From an uncultured bacterium (GTDB lineage Bacteria > Acidobacteriota > Aminicenantia > Aminicenantales > Aminicenantaceae), in assembly GCA_965602945.1 (NCBI GenBank), contig CBFDBC010000001.1, forward strand, positions 1-52,936: 52,936 nt of DNA, written 5' to 3'. Shown piece by piece: positions 21,360-30,411 of the stretch; within the stretch, counting starts at the first letter, position 1, and each line of letters begins with the position of its first letter. The notes under the pieces were generated by a model. That model was not told the DNA's origin. It saw only the letters and a program-made list of their open reading frames with translations, and ran no database searches. Made by a program: the position numbers and the translations under genes.

Positions 21360-22828
21360 GGGCGTGATTTCTTGGGTTTGCGCGAGAAAAACGAAGGCAG
21401 CAGGTTCAGGCTCACCTTGAAGCGATGATAGACCTCATAGACCGTCTTGACCACGGGGTAGAACAGATCGTAGAGCGATTTGTCCCTGCCCACCCGGATG
21501 CGGCAGAGCAGCTTGATGATGAAGGACAGGCGGGGATACATGATCGCCCACGGGAATATGCTGCTGTAGTACGCAACCTTCTGTCTGGTGATGGAGGGCT
21601 GATCCAGTACGGTGACGTTGCTGAAAAATCCGTCGACCTTGCGGTCGCTGATCCAACCTTCTTTTTCGCACAGCTCCCCCAACCTGGTCCCGGGAAAGGG
21701 GTAGAAGGTGCTGATAAATACGATGTCCGGTTTGATGTCCCGATTCAACTGGATGGTCTTCTCCACGGTCTCGGTGGTTTCATAAGGCACACCGACCATG
21801 TTGAAGGTCCACAGCTTGATCCCGGTGTCTTTGATGATGCGGGCGGCGTCTATGATCTGCCGGTCGGAGATCCCCTTGTCCAGGATCGTGTTGCGGAGGT
21901 GCTCGTCCCCGTTCTCCACCCCCATCATCACCATGTTGCAGCCGGCATCCTTGAGGGTCTGCATGAACTCCTTTTCCACCAGGTCCGCCCGGACCGTTAT
22001 GTTGAAGGGAAAATCGTAGCGGGCCCGGTATTTCTCGAAGAATCCCGTGGTCCATTTCTTGTTGACACTGATCAGCTCATCATCGAAGACGATCGAACTG
22101 ATGTTGTCGTACCGGGTCACCAGGTCGTCGATCTCTGCCAGGATGCTCTCATGGCTGCGCACACGATAATAGCGTCCCTTGTGGCGGTATATGTCCTGAT
22201 AGGAGGAATTCACGCAGAATGTGCACTTGAAGGGACAGCCCCGGCTGCTTCGTATCTCGAGATAGCCGTGATAATTGAGCAGCTTCTGAAAATCGAGGAT
22301 CTCCCGGTCGCAGAACGGCAGGGAGTCGAGGTCCTCGCACAGGGGACGGATGGGATTCTTGATGATCCCTTCGTCGGATTTGAACCAGAAATTGTCGATC
22401 CTCAGGTCGTCGGGCCGGCGGCCGTCGTTTTTCTCCATGGCCTCGACCAGCTCCAACAGGGCAAATTCCCCTTCGCCCAGGCATATGCCGAATGCGCCCC
22501 TGATCTCGATGGATTCCTCCGGACGGACCGTGGGATGGACTCCGCCCAGGACCACCGGCAGCCCGAACTCATCGGAGATAAAGTCCGCGATATCCCGGGT
22601 GAGCTCGAGCTGTTGGGACGTCACGGAGATTCCCACCAGATCAGGCTGAAAATCGCGGATCTTGTTCCTGAGCTTCGGCTGGTCGACCCGGTACATCGTC
22701 ATCAGGTCGGTGGCGTGGCCGTGCTGTTTAAGGACCGCGGAGAGGATACCGATCCCGTAATGGTAGGTGAGCTTCTGGAGGATCAGAAGGGAAGGGTGGG
22801 GCATGGGGTGGATAAATAGAACTCTCAT
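21356..22828 (-). CDS. Cobalamin-binding-domain radical SAM protein (paralogue A)
   Basis: The track ORF extends to 22978. ATG 22828 forms an ATGA overlap with the upstream stop and gives MRVLFIHP. Motifs CLGEGEF, DLDSLPFCDREIL, cluster motif SRGCPFKCTFC and GVENGDE. Confidence 0.85.
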   Translation of the reverse strand: MRVLFIHPMPHPSLLILQKLTYHYGIGILSAVLKQHGHATDLMTMYRVDQPKLRNKIRDFQPDLVGISVTSQQLELTRDIADFISDEFGLPVVLGGVHPTVRPEESIEIRGAFGICLGEGEFALLELVEAMEKNDGRRPDDLRIDNFWFKSDEGIIKNPIRPLCEDLDSLPFCDREILDFQKLLNYHGYLEIRSSRGCPFKCTFCVNSSYQDIYRHKGRYYRVRSHESILAEIDDLVTRYDNISSIVFDDELISVNKKWTTGFFEKYRARYDFPFNITVRADLVEKEFMQTLKDAGCNMVMMGVENGDEHLRNTILDKGISDRQIIDAARIIKDTGIKLWTFNMVGVPYETTETVEKTIQLNRDIKPDIVFISTFYPFPGTRLGELCEKEGWISDRKVDGFFSNVTVLDQPSITRQKVAYYSSIFPWAIMYPRLSFIIKLLCRIRVGRDKSLYDLFYPVVKTVYEVYHRFKVSLNLLPSFFSRKPKKSRP

Positions 22829-24228
22829 CCTGATTTTCCTTTTGCGAGGCTGCCTTTCAGCACCGCCCAACCGTTCAGGACCAGTATTTTCCATTGGTTG
22901 AGCGATCGGGTGGAGGCCGCCATTTTCCAGATGTAGGAAGGCCGGAAGTAGAATTCCCTTACAGCCCGGTTCCGCCACTCCCAGGCCTGGCGGCGGGAAA
23001 ACTCGGGGGTTTCCAGGGTCGGGTAGGTATCGGAGGCATCGAACTCCAAAACATCCTCCTGGAGCCAGCCGTTTTTCAGAGCGGCCTCCCGAAGGGGAGT
23101 ACCCAGCGCGGGCACGGCAATATTGAAGGAGGCGATGTCACAATCCAGCTCCTTGGCGAAATCGATGGTCTTCCGCACCGTCTCCTCCGTTTCCCCGGGG
23201 AGCCCGATGATGAAATGCCCCAGGGTCCGGATCCCGAACTTCTGGCAGAGAGCGAATGCCCGGCGCAGCTGGTCCTTGGTCACACCCTTGGAGTACCTCT
23301 GCAGCAGCTCTTCATCCCCGTTCTCCACTCCCAGCAGGAGCGTGTGACAGCCCGCCTTTTTCATCCAGCTCAGGAGCTCTTCATCCAGGGTGTTGGCACG
23401 CGAGGAACACACCCAGCTGAGATCGAGCTTTTCCTCGACGATACGGCGGCACAGTTCGAGTGTATTCTCGCGCCGGGACTCGAAGGTGAAATCCGTGAAG
23501 AAGATCTCCTTTATCCCCAGGGACGCAATGTGCCGCAGCTCCTCCATGATGTTCTCGACGGCCCGGTACTTGAAGCCCAATACAGAGGCGGGGCAAAAGC
23601 TGCAGTTGAAGGGGCAGCCGAAATTGGTCATGGCCGTCGTGAAGGGAGACCTCCTGCCGTGCGCAAGGAGGTATTTTTTTAAGGGGAACTTCTCATGGTG
23701 GGGAACCGGGAACGCGAATTCAACCGGCCGGATGTCGTTTTTCCTGAGTAGGATATCACCCCCCCGGCGAAACGCCATGGCCGAGATCCCGTCGTACTCG
23801 CCACCCAGGAACGCCAGTATGTCCGGGCTGGTGTAGTCGAAGAGTATCGCGTCAAGGAACCCATATTCGCGCAGGAATCTTTCTGCGTCGTAGAGCAGGA
23901 CATCTCCGTTTCCTATGATCAGTCCGGGATGAGAGGTTTCTCTGATCCCGGCCATGAATGCGAAATCCTGTTTCCAGGAGGCCACTCCCGTGAGGAAAAC
24001 GATCGCGTGGTACTCCCCCTGCTCGATCCTCCGCCTGGTCTCCTCGGGTGTGAGCCCCTCCACTATGGCATCCAGGATCGTCACATCGTATCTTTGGCCG
24101 AGAATGCCGCTGAGCACCAGCAGGTCGATGGAAGGCCAGTAGTAATTCGCCTTGGAAACTCCGCTGCAGTACATATCCCGCTGATAGAGCTTGTCACCGG
24201 GGGGGTTAAGCAGCAGGATCTGTTCCAA
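22825..24228 (-). CDS. Cobalamin-binding-domain radical SAM protein (paralogue B)
   Basis: TTG start at 24228 with AAGGA upstream gives MEQILLLNPP. Motifs NFGCPFNCSFC and GVENGDEELL...GLPGETEETV. It overlaps the GT2 3' end by 23 nt. Confidence 0.85.
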   Translation of the reverse strand: MEQILLLNPPGDKLYQRDMYCSGVSKANYYWPSIDLLVLSGILGQRYDVTILDAIVEGLTPEETRRRIEQGEYHAIVFLTGVASWKQDFAFMAGIRETSHPGLIIGNGDVLLYDAERFLREYGFLDAILFDYTSPDILAFLGGEYDGISAMAFRRGGDILLRKNDIRPVEFAFPVPHHEKFPLKKYLLAHGRRSPFTTAMTNFGCPFNCSFCPASVLGFKYRAVENIMEELRHIASLGIKEIFFTDFTFESRRENTLELCRRIVEEKLDLSWVCSSRANTLDEELLSWMKKAGCHTLLLGVENGDEELLQRYSKGVTKDQLRRAFALCQKFGIRTLGHFIIGLPGETEETVRKTIDFAKELDCDIASFNIAVPALGTPLREAALKNGWLQEDVLEFDASDTYPTLETPEFSRRQAWEWRNRAVREFYFRPSYIWKMAASTRSLNQWKILVLNGWAVLKGSLAKGKSG

Positions 24229-24934
24229 CCTCTTTATCCTTCACTCTGTAAAAGAATCTGTATTTGATCAAAGCGGACAGGCACGAGAAGAAATCACTCC
24301 ACCGCACTTTTTTCCCGGTGTCTTTTCTCCGGGGTATGTATTCGACCGGCACCTCATGGATCTTGTAGCCGTGCCTGAGCAGTTTGGCTGTGATCTCGAT
24401 CGTGGAACCCCAGCGGTCGCTCTGGATGTCCAGGGCGCGGAGGACATCGGTTTTTGTCACTTGGAACATGGTCAGGACATCGGTCAGGTTGGACCTGAAA
24501 AGCCGGTCGGTGAGTTCGATCAAGATCAGGTTGGCGAAATAGGCGCCGATCCCCATCCCCTGGATGAATCCTTTTCCCAGGAACCGGGATCCGAAGACCA
24601 CCTCGGCCTCGTCTTCTATCAGGGGTTCCAGCAGTTTGGCATAGTTTGAGGGATCCAGTTCCAGATCCGCATCCTGGAATATGGTCACACGTCCCTGAGC
24701 ATGGTTCAAGGCGGTTTTTATCCCGGCGCCTCTTCCCAGGTTGGAGCCGTGGGTTATGACACGGATCTCCGGGTCCTGCTCCAGGGACTTCAAAAGCGTT
24801 GGGGTGTCATCCTCCGAACCATCATCCACGATGATGATCTCTTTGTCGATCTCTACGGCTTTGACCTTCTTGACCACCTTGATGATCGTGTTCTGTTCGT
24901 TGAACACGGGGATGATGACTGTGAGATCTTTCAT
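24206..24934 (-). CDS. GT2 glycosyltransferase, dolichyl/polyprenyl-phosphate mannose synthase (DPM1)-like
   Basis: LTVIIPVFNEQ, IIVDDGSEDDT and FQDADLELDP. ATG 24934 lies 1 nt after the upstream TAG. The track start TTG 24943 is the alternative. Confidence 0.85.
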   Translation of the reverse strand: MKDLTVIIPVFNEQNTIIKVVKKVKAVEIDKEIIIVDDGSEDDTPTLLKSLEQDPEIRVITHGSNLGRGAGIKTALNHAQGRVTIFQDADLELDPSNYAKLLEPLIEDEAEVVFGSRFLGKGFIQGMGIGAYFANLILIELTDRLFRSNLTDVLTMFQVTKTDVLRALDIQSDRWGSTIEITAKLLRHGYKIHEVPVEYIPRRKDTGKKVRWSDFFSCLSALIKYRFFYRVKDKEVGTDPAA

Positions 24935-24935
24935 T

Positions 24936-26354
24936 CTATCCAAAAAACAGGCGGAGGGCCGTCTTGGCCTTCCGGGTGAATTCCGTAAACGATTTGACCT
25001 GACGCAGCTGACTTATAACATACATGGGGCGGTAATAATAACTCAGGTGGGCCTTGCGCTGCCATTTTTCCAGCTCCCGGGGAGTAAAATTCTCGGTCCA
25101 CCACTGGGGCGTAAAATCTCCTGTCGGGTGGGCTGAAAACTCCCTCCAGAAATCTCCTTTCAGTATTCCATCTCTCATGCCTTTCTCGTAAAGCTCGGTG
25201 GCCGGGAAGGGGGTCGTGATCAGGAACTGGGCAAAATCAGGATTCAATTCCTTGGCGAAGGCGATGCTTTCCTTGATCTCCTTTTCCGTCTCACCCGGAG
25301 AACCCAACATGAAATAGGCAAAGGTGACGATGCCGGCCTTTTTCGCCATCCGGTAGGCCTGCCTCGCCTGATCCAGAGTGATACCTTTCATGAGGTTGTG
25401 CAAGATCCCGGGGTTCCCGCTTTCCACCCCGAAGCGGACCCGGTTGCACCCGGCCTGCGCCAGCCGGTCCAGGACCTCCTGATCGACCGTGTCCACCCGA
25501 GCCCGCAGGTCCATCGTGATGTTCAGGTTCTTCCGGATGATCAGATCCGCGATCGCCAGGACCCTTTTCCGGTCTATGGTGAAGGTGTCGTCGATGATGT
25601 CGAAGTCCGTGATCCCCAGTTTCACGTTCTGCTCGATCTCCCGTACCACGTTTTCCGGAGAACGCACGCGGCACATCCGGCCGTCCTTCTTGGTACAGAA
25701 CACGCAGTTGAAGGGGCAGCCCCGCGAAGTCAGGAGGCTGGTCATGTATTCCTTTCCCATGCCTAGGAGGTTGTAGTACTTCTGCCAGGGCAGGAGTTCC
25801 CTGTCGGGGAAAGGCAGGCTGTCCAGATCCTGGATAAACTCCCGGGGCGGATTGATGACGACATCCCCGTTACGGCGGAAACCAACCCCGTTGATATCTG
25901 AAAGGCTCCGGCCTCCGTCCACGGCGTCCAACAGCTCACTGAAAGTGAACTCGCCTTCGCCCATCACGATGGAATCGACCTCCGGCTGGCCGGCTATCTC
26001 TTGGGGATAGATGGTCGGATGAGTCCCCCCAAAGACGACATGACACCCGGGATTGGTTTTTTTAGCCAGGCGGGCGACCTTCAGGGCATCCAGCAAAAGA
26101 AACGTCATGCAGGAGATCCCGACCATGTCCGGCTTCTTCTGGGAGAGGACGCTTTCGAGCTTGTCATAGCCCATTTTTTCGACTTGAGTGTCGAGGACCT
26201 CGATGTTGAAGCGGTCGCCGTGAGCCTGCTGAGCGTAGGCCGCAATGTACAGCAGCCCCATGGGGGGAAAGAATCCCATCTCTTCCGTCAGCGAGTCGGG
26301 GGCAAAGGTGCGGACAAGATTCTCGGCGGGGGGGTTAATCAGGAGGATATTCAT
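24936..26354 (-). CDS. Cobalamin-binding-domain radical SAM protein (paralogue C)
   Basis: MNILLINPP, VMGEGEFTF, DLDSLPFPDRELL, SRGCPFNCVFC and GVESGNP...GSPGETEKEI. Confidence 0.88.
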   Translation of the reverse strand: MNILLINPPAENLVRTFAPDSLTEEMGFFPPMGLLYIAAYAQQAHGDRFNIEVLDTQVEKMGYDKLESVLSQKKPDMVGISCMTFLLLDALKVARLAKKTNPGCHVVFGGTHPTIYPQEIAGQPEVDSIVMGEGEFTFSELLDAVDGGRSLSDINGVGFRRNGDVVINPPREFIQDLDSLPFPDRELLPWQKYYNLLGMGKEYMTSLLTSRGCPFNCVFCTKKDGRMCRVRSPENVVREIEQNVKLGITDFDIIDDTFTIDRKRVLAIADLIIRKNLNITMDLRARVDTVDQEVLDRLAQAGCNRVRFGVESGNPGILHNLMKGITLDQARQAYRMAKKAGIVTFAYFMLGSPGETEKEIKESIAFAKELNPDFAQFLITTPFPATELYEKGMRDGILKGDFWREFSAHPTGDFTPQWWTENFTPRELEKWQRKAHLSYYYRPMYVISQLRQVKSFTEFTRKAKTALRLFFG

Positions 26355-26445
26355 GATATATCAATTCTAATTTATGCTCGCTCACTTTCGTTAAACTCGA
26401 TCCTAACCGAGGCTATAGATTAAAAAAAAGTCGAGATTTTGTCAA

Positions 26446-27516
26446 TCAGACGGAATCGTGGTCCAGCCACAGGAGATGCCAGTCCTTGAAAGGAGGGGGG
26501 GGGAGATCCGGCCGGGAAGAGTGGAATATCAGGGTGAAGACGGCCGGTGTCTTGGTAAAAAGACCTCTCCTCAGGGTGGAGAGCATGGGATCATGGGGAT
26601 TGAGCAGGCAGGCGCTCATCACGACGCCCGCCTCTAGAGACCTCTGGTGGAGCGCCTGCAGGAGGCTTTTGCCCACGTCCCGGCGATGGGGCGGGAACAG
26701 CATGTCCACGACAGCCAGCGTATCGAAGCCCTGCATGGGCATGCGGCGCGCCACCAGGTAGCCGCGCACCGAGGAGTCCTCCGAAACGGACCACTTGATG
26801 TATTCCCGACCCGGAGCACGACAGAAACGCCAGTTCAGGATTTCGGTGCTCCGTTTTGTGGTGACAGGATAATAGCTGGCGGCTTCGCCGAGGAAATCCT
26901 CGAACCTCTCATCAAAACGAGTAAACTCCTCTACATCCAGGCCGGCCTTAGAGCGAGGCCGGCTTCTGTGGAGGATCCGGCGGGCGACGGACAAAAACGG
27001 GGACAGCAGCGCAGCCAATACCCTGTTCCTGATAAAGGAACGGGCCAGGGCATGCAGATCATAGGGCCGTGCATACACCCGCAGCTCTCCCAGGCTCTGG
27101 AAACCAAAGGCGATATGCGCCTTCAGCACCTGCGGGAGATTGATCAGGCCGTAGACAAAATCGATCCCCTCCTGGGGATAATCCCTCAGTAAGGAAGTCT
27201 CCAGCCGTGGGAACAGGAGTTCCCTGCGATACTCCTCCTTCACCATGAGCTGGCAGACAAATCCCGCCTGACACTGCTTTTCATGCATTCGGAACCGGTA
27301 GGGAATGATAGCGCTGTGGCCCACGATCTCTCCGCCCGGGGCTTCACCCACCAGGACCGCGGCCTCGGATCCCGGAAATTCCTGGAACAGCCAGCGCCAG
27401 AACGCAATATAGGCCGCATCATCTGGAAACTCATCCGGCCAGATCCCGGCATGGAGCCGGGCGACTCCCAGCGCGTCCTCCTCACGGCCCCTGCGGATCT
27501 GAAACATGTGGGTCAC
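26446..27516 (-). CDS. Two-domain GNAT-fold acyltransferase candidate
   Basis: N-terminal GNAT-like IRRGREEDALGVARLH...GEIVGHSAIIP, a second alpha/beta half, and the C-terminal ending DWHLLWLDHD. GTG 27516 (GTGA overlap) or ATG 27507 is the start. Confidence 0.6.
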   Translation of the reverse strand: MTHMFQIRRGREEDALGVARLHAGIWPDEFPDDAAYIAFWRWLFQEFPGSEAAVLVGEAPGGEIVGHSAIIPYRFRMHEKQCQAGFVCQLMVKEEYRRELLFPRLETSLLRDYPQEGIDFVYGLINLPQVLKAHIAFGFQSLGELRVYARPYDLHALARSFIRNRVLAALLSPFLSVARRILHRSRPRSKAGLDVEEFTRFDERFEDFLGEAASYYPVTTKRSTEILNWRFCRAPGREYIKWSVSEDSSVRGYLVARRMPMQGFDTLAVVDMLFPPHRRDVGKSLLQALHQRSLEAGVVMSACLLNPHDPMLSTLRRGLFTKTPAVFTLIFHSSRPDLPPPPFKDWHLLWLDHDSV

Positions 27517-28361
27517 CCGGAACTCCCAATCTCCATCTGTTCTAAAACCCGCACATAATCCAGAAAGCGGATGGCGGTGAAGTTTTCGAGCAGGAGAGCG
27601 AGTTTGGGGAGCGTTGACGCCCGGTTGTGGAAGACCAGCCAGTTGAAAAGGATGTTTTCCTCTACCCTGAATCTTTCCTCTTCGGCGTCGATATCATATG
27701 GATGGAAATAGCCTACCAGGGGCCGGCGCTGTCTAGCAAACCGGCGTGAGAATCTTCTGAGCACGGGCTTCGGGAAGAAGCGCAGGTAGACCCCTCCTGC
27801 AAACGGGAGCTTGAATCCACCCAGAGATACCACGGAGATGGGCAGCTCCCAAAGTCCATTGTCCAGCCGTACCGGCGACAGGGAGAATCCCGCCCATCCG
27901 TAGAGCGGATTTTTCGCCGGCAGGACCGAACTGGAATATTGAAACCCCAACTCGACCAGGACATCCCAGGCCCAGCGGGTGGATTCGATCAAAGAAAAGT
28001 CAGGGGCCCGGAAGCCGGCGACGGAACCGACACCCTGCCTGTCGAGGGCTTCGATATTCCTCTCGAGGTTCTCCCGGAATCCCGCCGGCGTCAGCTTGTC
28101 CAGCGGCGTATGGTCATGCGTGTGGCAGCCGATCTCGTGTCCGGCCTCATGGGCCTCCCGGACAAGGCCGCCGATATGCTCGACCGTTTTCCCCTCCACA
28201 AAAAACGTACACTTTATTTTGTGGTCATCGAAGAAGCGAAGGAAGCGGTCGACCATGGCGGGCACCCGGAAATCCATGCCCTCGCCCGCCGGGGTCTGGC
28301 TGCGAATGTCCTCGAGATCGACGCTGAGCAGATAATAGGGAGGGGACAGGGAATCCGTCAT
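27513..28361 (-). CDS. Polysaccharide deacetylase (CE4) with DUF3473-type C-terminal region
   Basis: LSVDLEDI, FFVEGKTVE, the metal motif CHTHDHTPL, and YFHPYDID in the C-terminal half. Confidence 0.8.
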   Translation of the reverse strand: MTDSLSPPYYLLSVDLEDIRSQTPAGEGMDFRVPAMVDRFLRFFDDHKIKCTFFVEGKTVEHIGGLVREAHEAGHEIGCHTHDHTPLDKLTPAGFRENLERNIEALDRQGVGSVAGFRAPDFSLIESTRWAWDVLVELGFQYSSSVLPAKNPLYGWAGFSLSPVRLDNGLWELPISVVSLGGFKLPFAGGVYLRFFPKPVLRRFSRRFARQRRPLVGYFHPYDIDAEEERFRVEENILFNWLVFHNRASTLPKLALLLENFTAIRFLDYVRVLEQMEIGSSG

Positions 28362-29710
28362 TTTTTTTCGAGATTCCGCACCTTCTTGAATCTCTCGCTG
28401 TACAGCTTATCTCCGAATATTTCGATCTTCCGGGGGATCTTGAAATTTTCCAGTTTCTGCGCGCAATGCCGGCGCATGTGCAGAGAGAACTGCTTCTGAT
28501 CTTCGGGCTGGAACAGGCGTACGCGGGCACAGACGATGTTGCCGGTTATGTAGTTCTTCTCACCGTACACCGTCACCTCCGCCACATTCTCCATCTCCTG
28601 GATCACACTTTCCACTTCGGAGGGATAGACCTTCTCCCCGCCCACGTTGATGATCTCCGATTGCCTGCCCAGGATCTTTATGTAGTCGCCGTCCGTCAGG
28701 ACGGAGTCGCCGGTGTCGAACCACCCATCGTCCGTGAATGGGCTGTCCGCATTCAGATATCCCAGCATGGCGGATTCGGCCTTGATCTGGAGGATCCCAT
28801 CCTTCACCCGCGTCTGGAACTCATCGCCCCCCACCTTGACCCACAGGGACTCCGAGCTTTTGGATTTCGAGCGCAGAATACCCAGCTCGGACAGCCCATA
28901 GGTCTGGAGCAGCCGGATATGGGGGAAGAGGGCATGAAACCTCTTCAAGGTGCTTTCGGTCATGGGCTCCGTGCCGTAGGTCACGGTCTTGAGGGAGCTG
29001 AGGTCATGGCGGGCATAGGCCTCGCTCAGGAGAATGAGGTTGATGAAGGTGGGAGAAGTGGGGAGCAGTTCCACCTTGAATCGATCCACGGCCTCCAGGA
29101 CCCCGTCGGGGCTGCGATCCTGCACGGTGACGATACAGCCCGCGTTGGACAGGGTGTAGAACATGGTGTTCACCCCCCCGATGTGATCATAGAGCAGGAA
29201 CGTGATCGTCCGCAGCGAGTTCCGGGGCACCTCGAATTTCTTCAGCATCGGGACCAGGTCATGGACAGCGGCCTTGCTCTTCCCCGTTGATCCGGAGGAG
29301 AAAAGCACCAGGCCGGGGTGGTCCAACCTTCGCAGCTCCCGGTAATGGGGATGTTCGGCTTCAAAGGACAACGGGACGATCCGGACTTCATCGTTTTCGG
29401 CGACGGCGAAGCCGACCTCACTCTGGGCGGTTTCGATGAACTCTTCCCTTTTTGCGGCCGCCGCGCTCGTGAGGGGGACCAGGACGCAGCTGTGATCGAT
29501 CAGACACAGGAACAGGGCCACGGAATTCGGCGAAAAATCTGCCTCCAGAACGGCCACCGCACCCCGGGGGACATTTTGGTCACGGATGGTTTCGCGCCAT
29601 TCTCCCACCCTCCGGATCAGCCAATCGTATGAGTAGGCTTCGTCCCGCCAGACGATGGCGTCTTTATCCCGGTTTTCTGCAAACTTCTCCAGTAAAAAAT
29701 CGATCCACAT
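28358..29710 (-). CDS. Adenylate-forming acyl/aminoacyl ligase (AMP-dependent synthetase family)
   Basis: LFSSGSTGKSKA, TYGLSELG, GWFDTGD, GGEKVYPSEVE and a C-terminal KIPRK. ATG 29710 overlaps the SDR stop by 1 nt (TGATG). Confidence 0.85.
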   Translation of the reverse strand: MWIDFLLEKFAENRDKDAIVWRDEAYSYDWLIRRVGEWRETIRDQNVPRGAVAVLEADFSPNSVALFLCLIDHSCVLVPLTSAAAAKREEFIETAQSEVGFAVAENDEVRIVPLSFEAEHPHYRELRRLDHPGLVLFSSGSTGKSKAAVHDLVPMLKKFEVPRNSLRTITFLLYDHIGGVNTMFYTLSNAGCIVTVQDRSPDGVLEAVDRFKVELLPTSPTFINLILLSEAYARHDLSSLKTVTYGTEPMTESTLKRFHALFPHIRLLQTYGLSELGILRSKSKSSESLWVKVGGDEFQTRVKDGILQIKAESAMLGYLNADSPFTDDGWFDTGDSVLTDGDYIKILGRQSEIINVGGEKVYPSEVESVIQEMENVAEVTVYGEKNYITGNIVCARVRLFQPEDQKQFSLHMRRHCAQKLENFKIPRKIEIFGDKLYSERFKKVRNLEKK

Positions 29711-30411
29711 CAAATGCCCCCCAGATAGAGGATCTGTCCGGTGACAAAATCACTCTCGGGGCGGAGGAAAAAATCGATCACGTTGGAGATGTCAGAGAAC
29801 TCGCCATAACGTTGGATCGCCTGCCGTCGGATGAGGTTGTCCAGCTTTTCCGCGGGCACAGAACGTACCAGATCCGTCTTCACGGGCGTGGGGCCGATGG
29901 CGTTGACGGTGATGTTGAATGCGGCCAGCTCCCGTGCGAGTATCCGGGTCAAGGTCGCCACAGCCGATTTCGAAGCGGCATAGGCGGCCTCCCCCTCCAG
30001 ATCCAAAGCGGCCGCCACGGTCGTGAAATTGACGATACGGCCGGATTTTTTCCGGCGCATCAGCTTGGCGGCTTCCCGGCAGAACAGGAAGGTGCCCAGG
30101 GTGTTGGTCTCGAAAATCCTCTTGACGGTCGCGAGTGGTGTCAGGAGCACATGGTTCATGGACGCGATCCCGGCATTGTTGATCAGGACATCGAGCCGGC
30201 CGTAGGATCTGCCGATCTCGGCAAACATGGCCTTCACTTCCGGTTCATCGATGACGTCCAGGCAGAAATGCCTGTAGTTTTGATGCTGGAACTCGCTCTG
30301 ATGCCGGCTGCAGCCCACGACACGGCTGCCCTGGCCCGTGTAATATTCAACCAGGAACCTCCCGATCCCCCGGCTGGCCCCGGTGATCAGGATGACCCGG
30401 TCATTATCCAT
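29710..30411 (-). CDS. Classical short-chain dehydrogenase/reductase (3-oxoacyl-ACP reductase-like)
   Basis: ATG 30411 gives MDNDRVILITGASRGIGR, with NNAG and YAASKSA. The track ORF's N-terminal extension to 30501 overlaps the ACP gene. Confidence 0.85.
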   Translation of the reverse strand: MDNDRVILITGASRGIGRFLVEYYTGQGSRVVGCSRHQSEFQHQNYRHFCLDVIDEPEVKAMFAEIGRSYGRLDVLINNAGIASMNHVLLTPLATVKRIFETNTLGTFLFCREAAKLMRRKKSGRIVNFTTVAAALDLEGEAAYAASKSAVATLTRILARELAAFNITVNAIGPTPVKTDLVRSVPAEKLDNLIRRQAIQRYGEFSDISNVIDFFLRPESDFVTGQILYLGGI

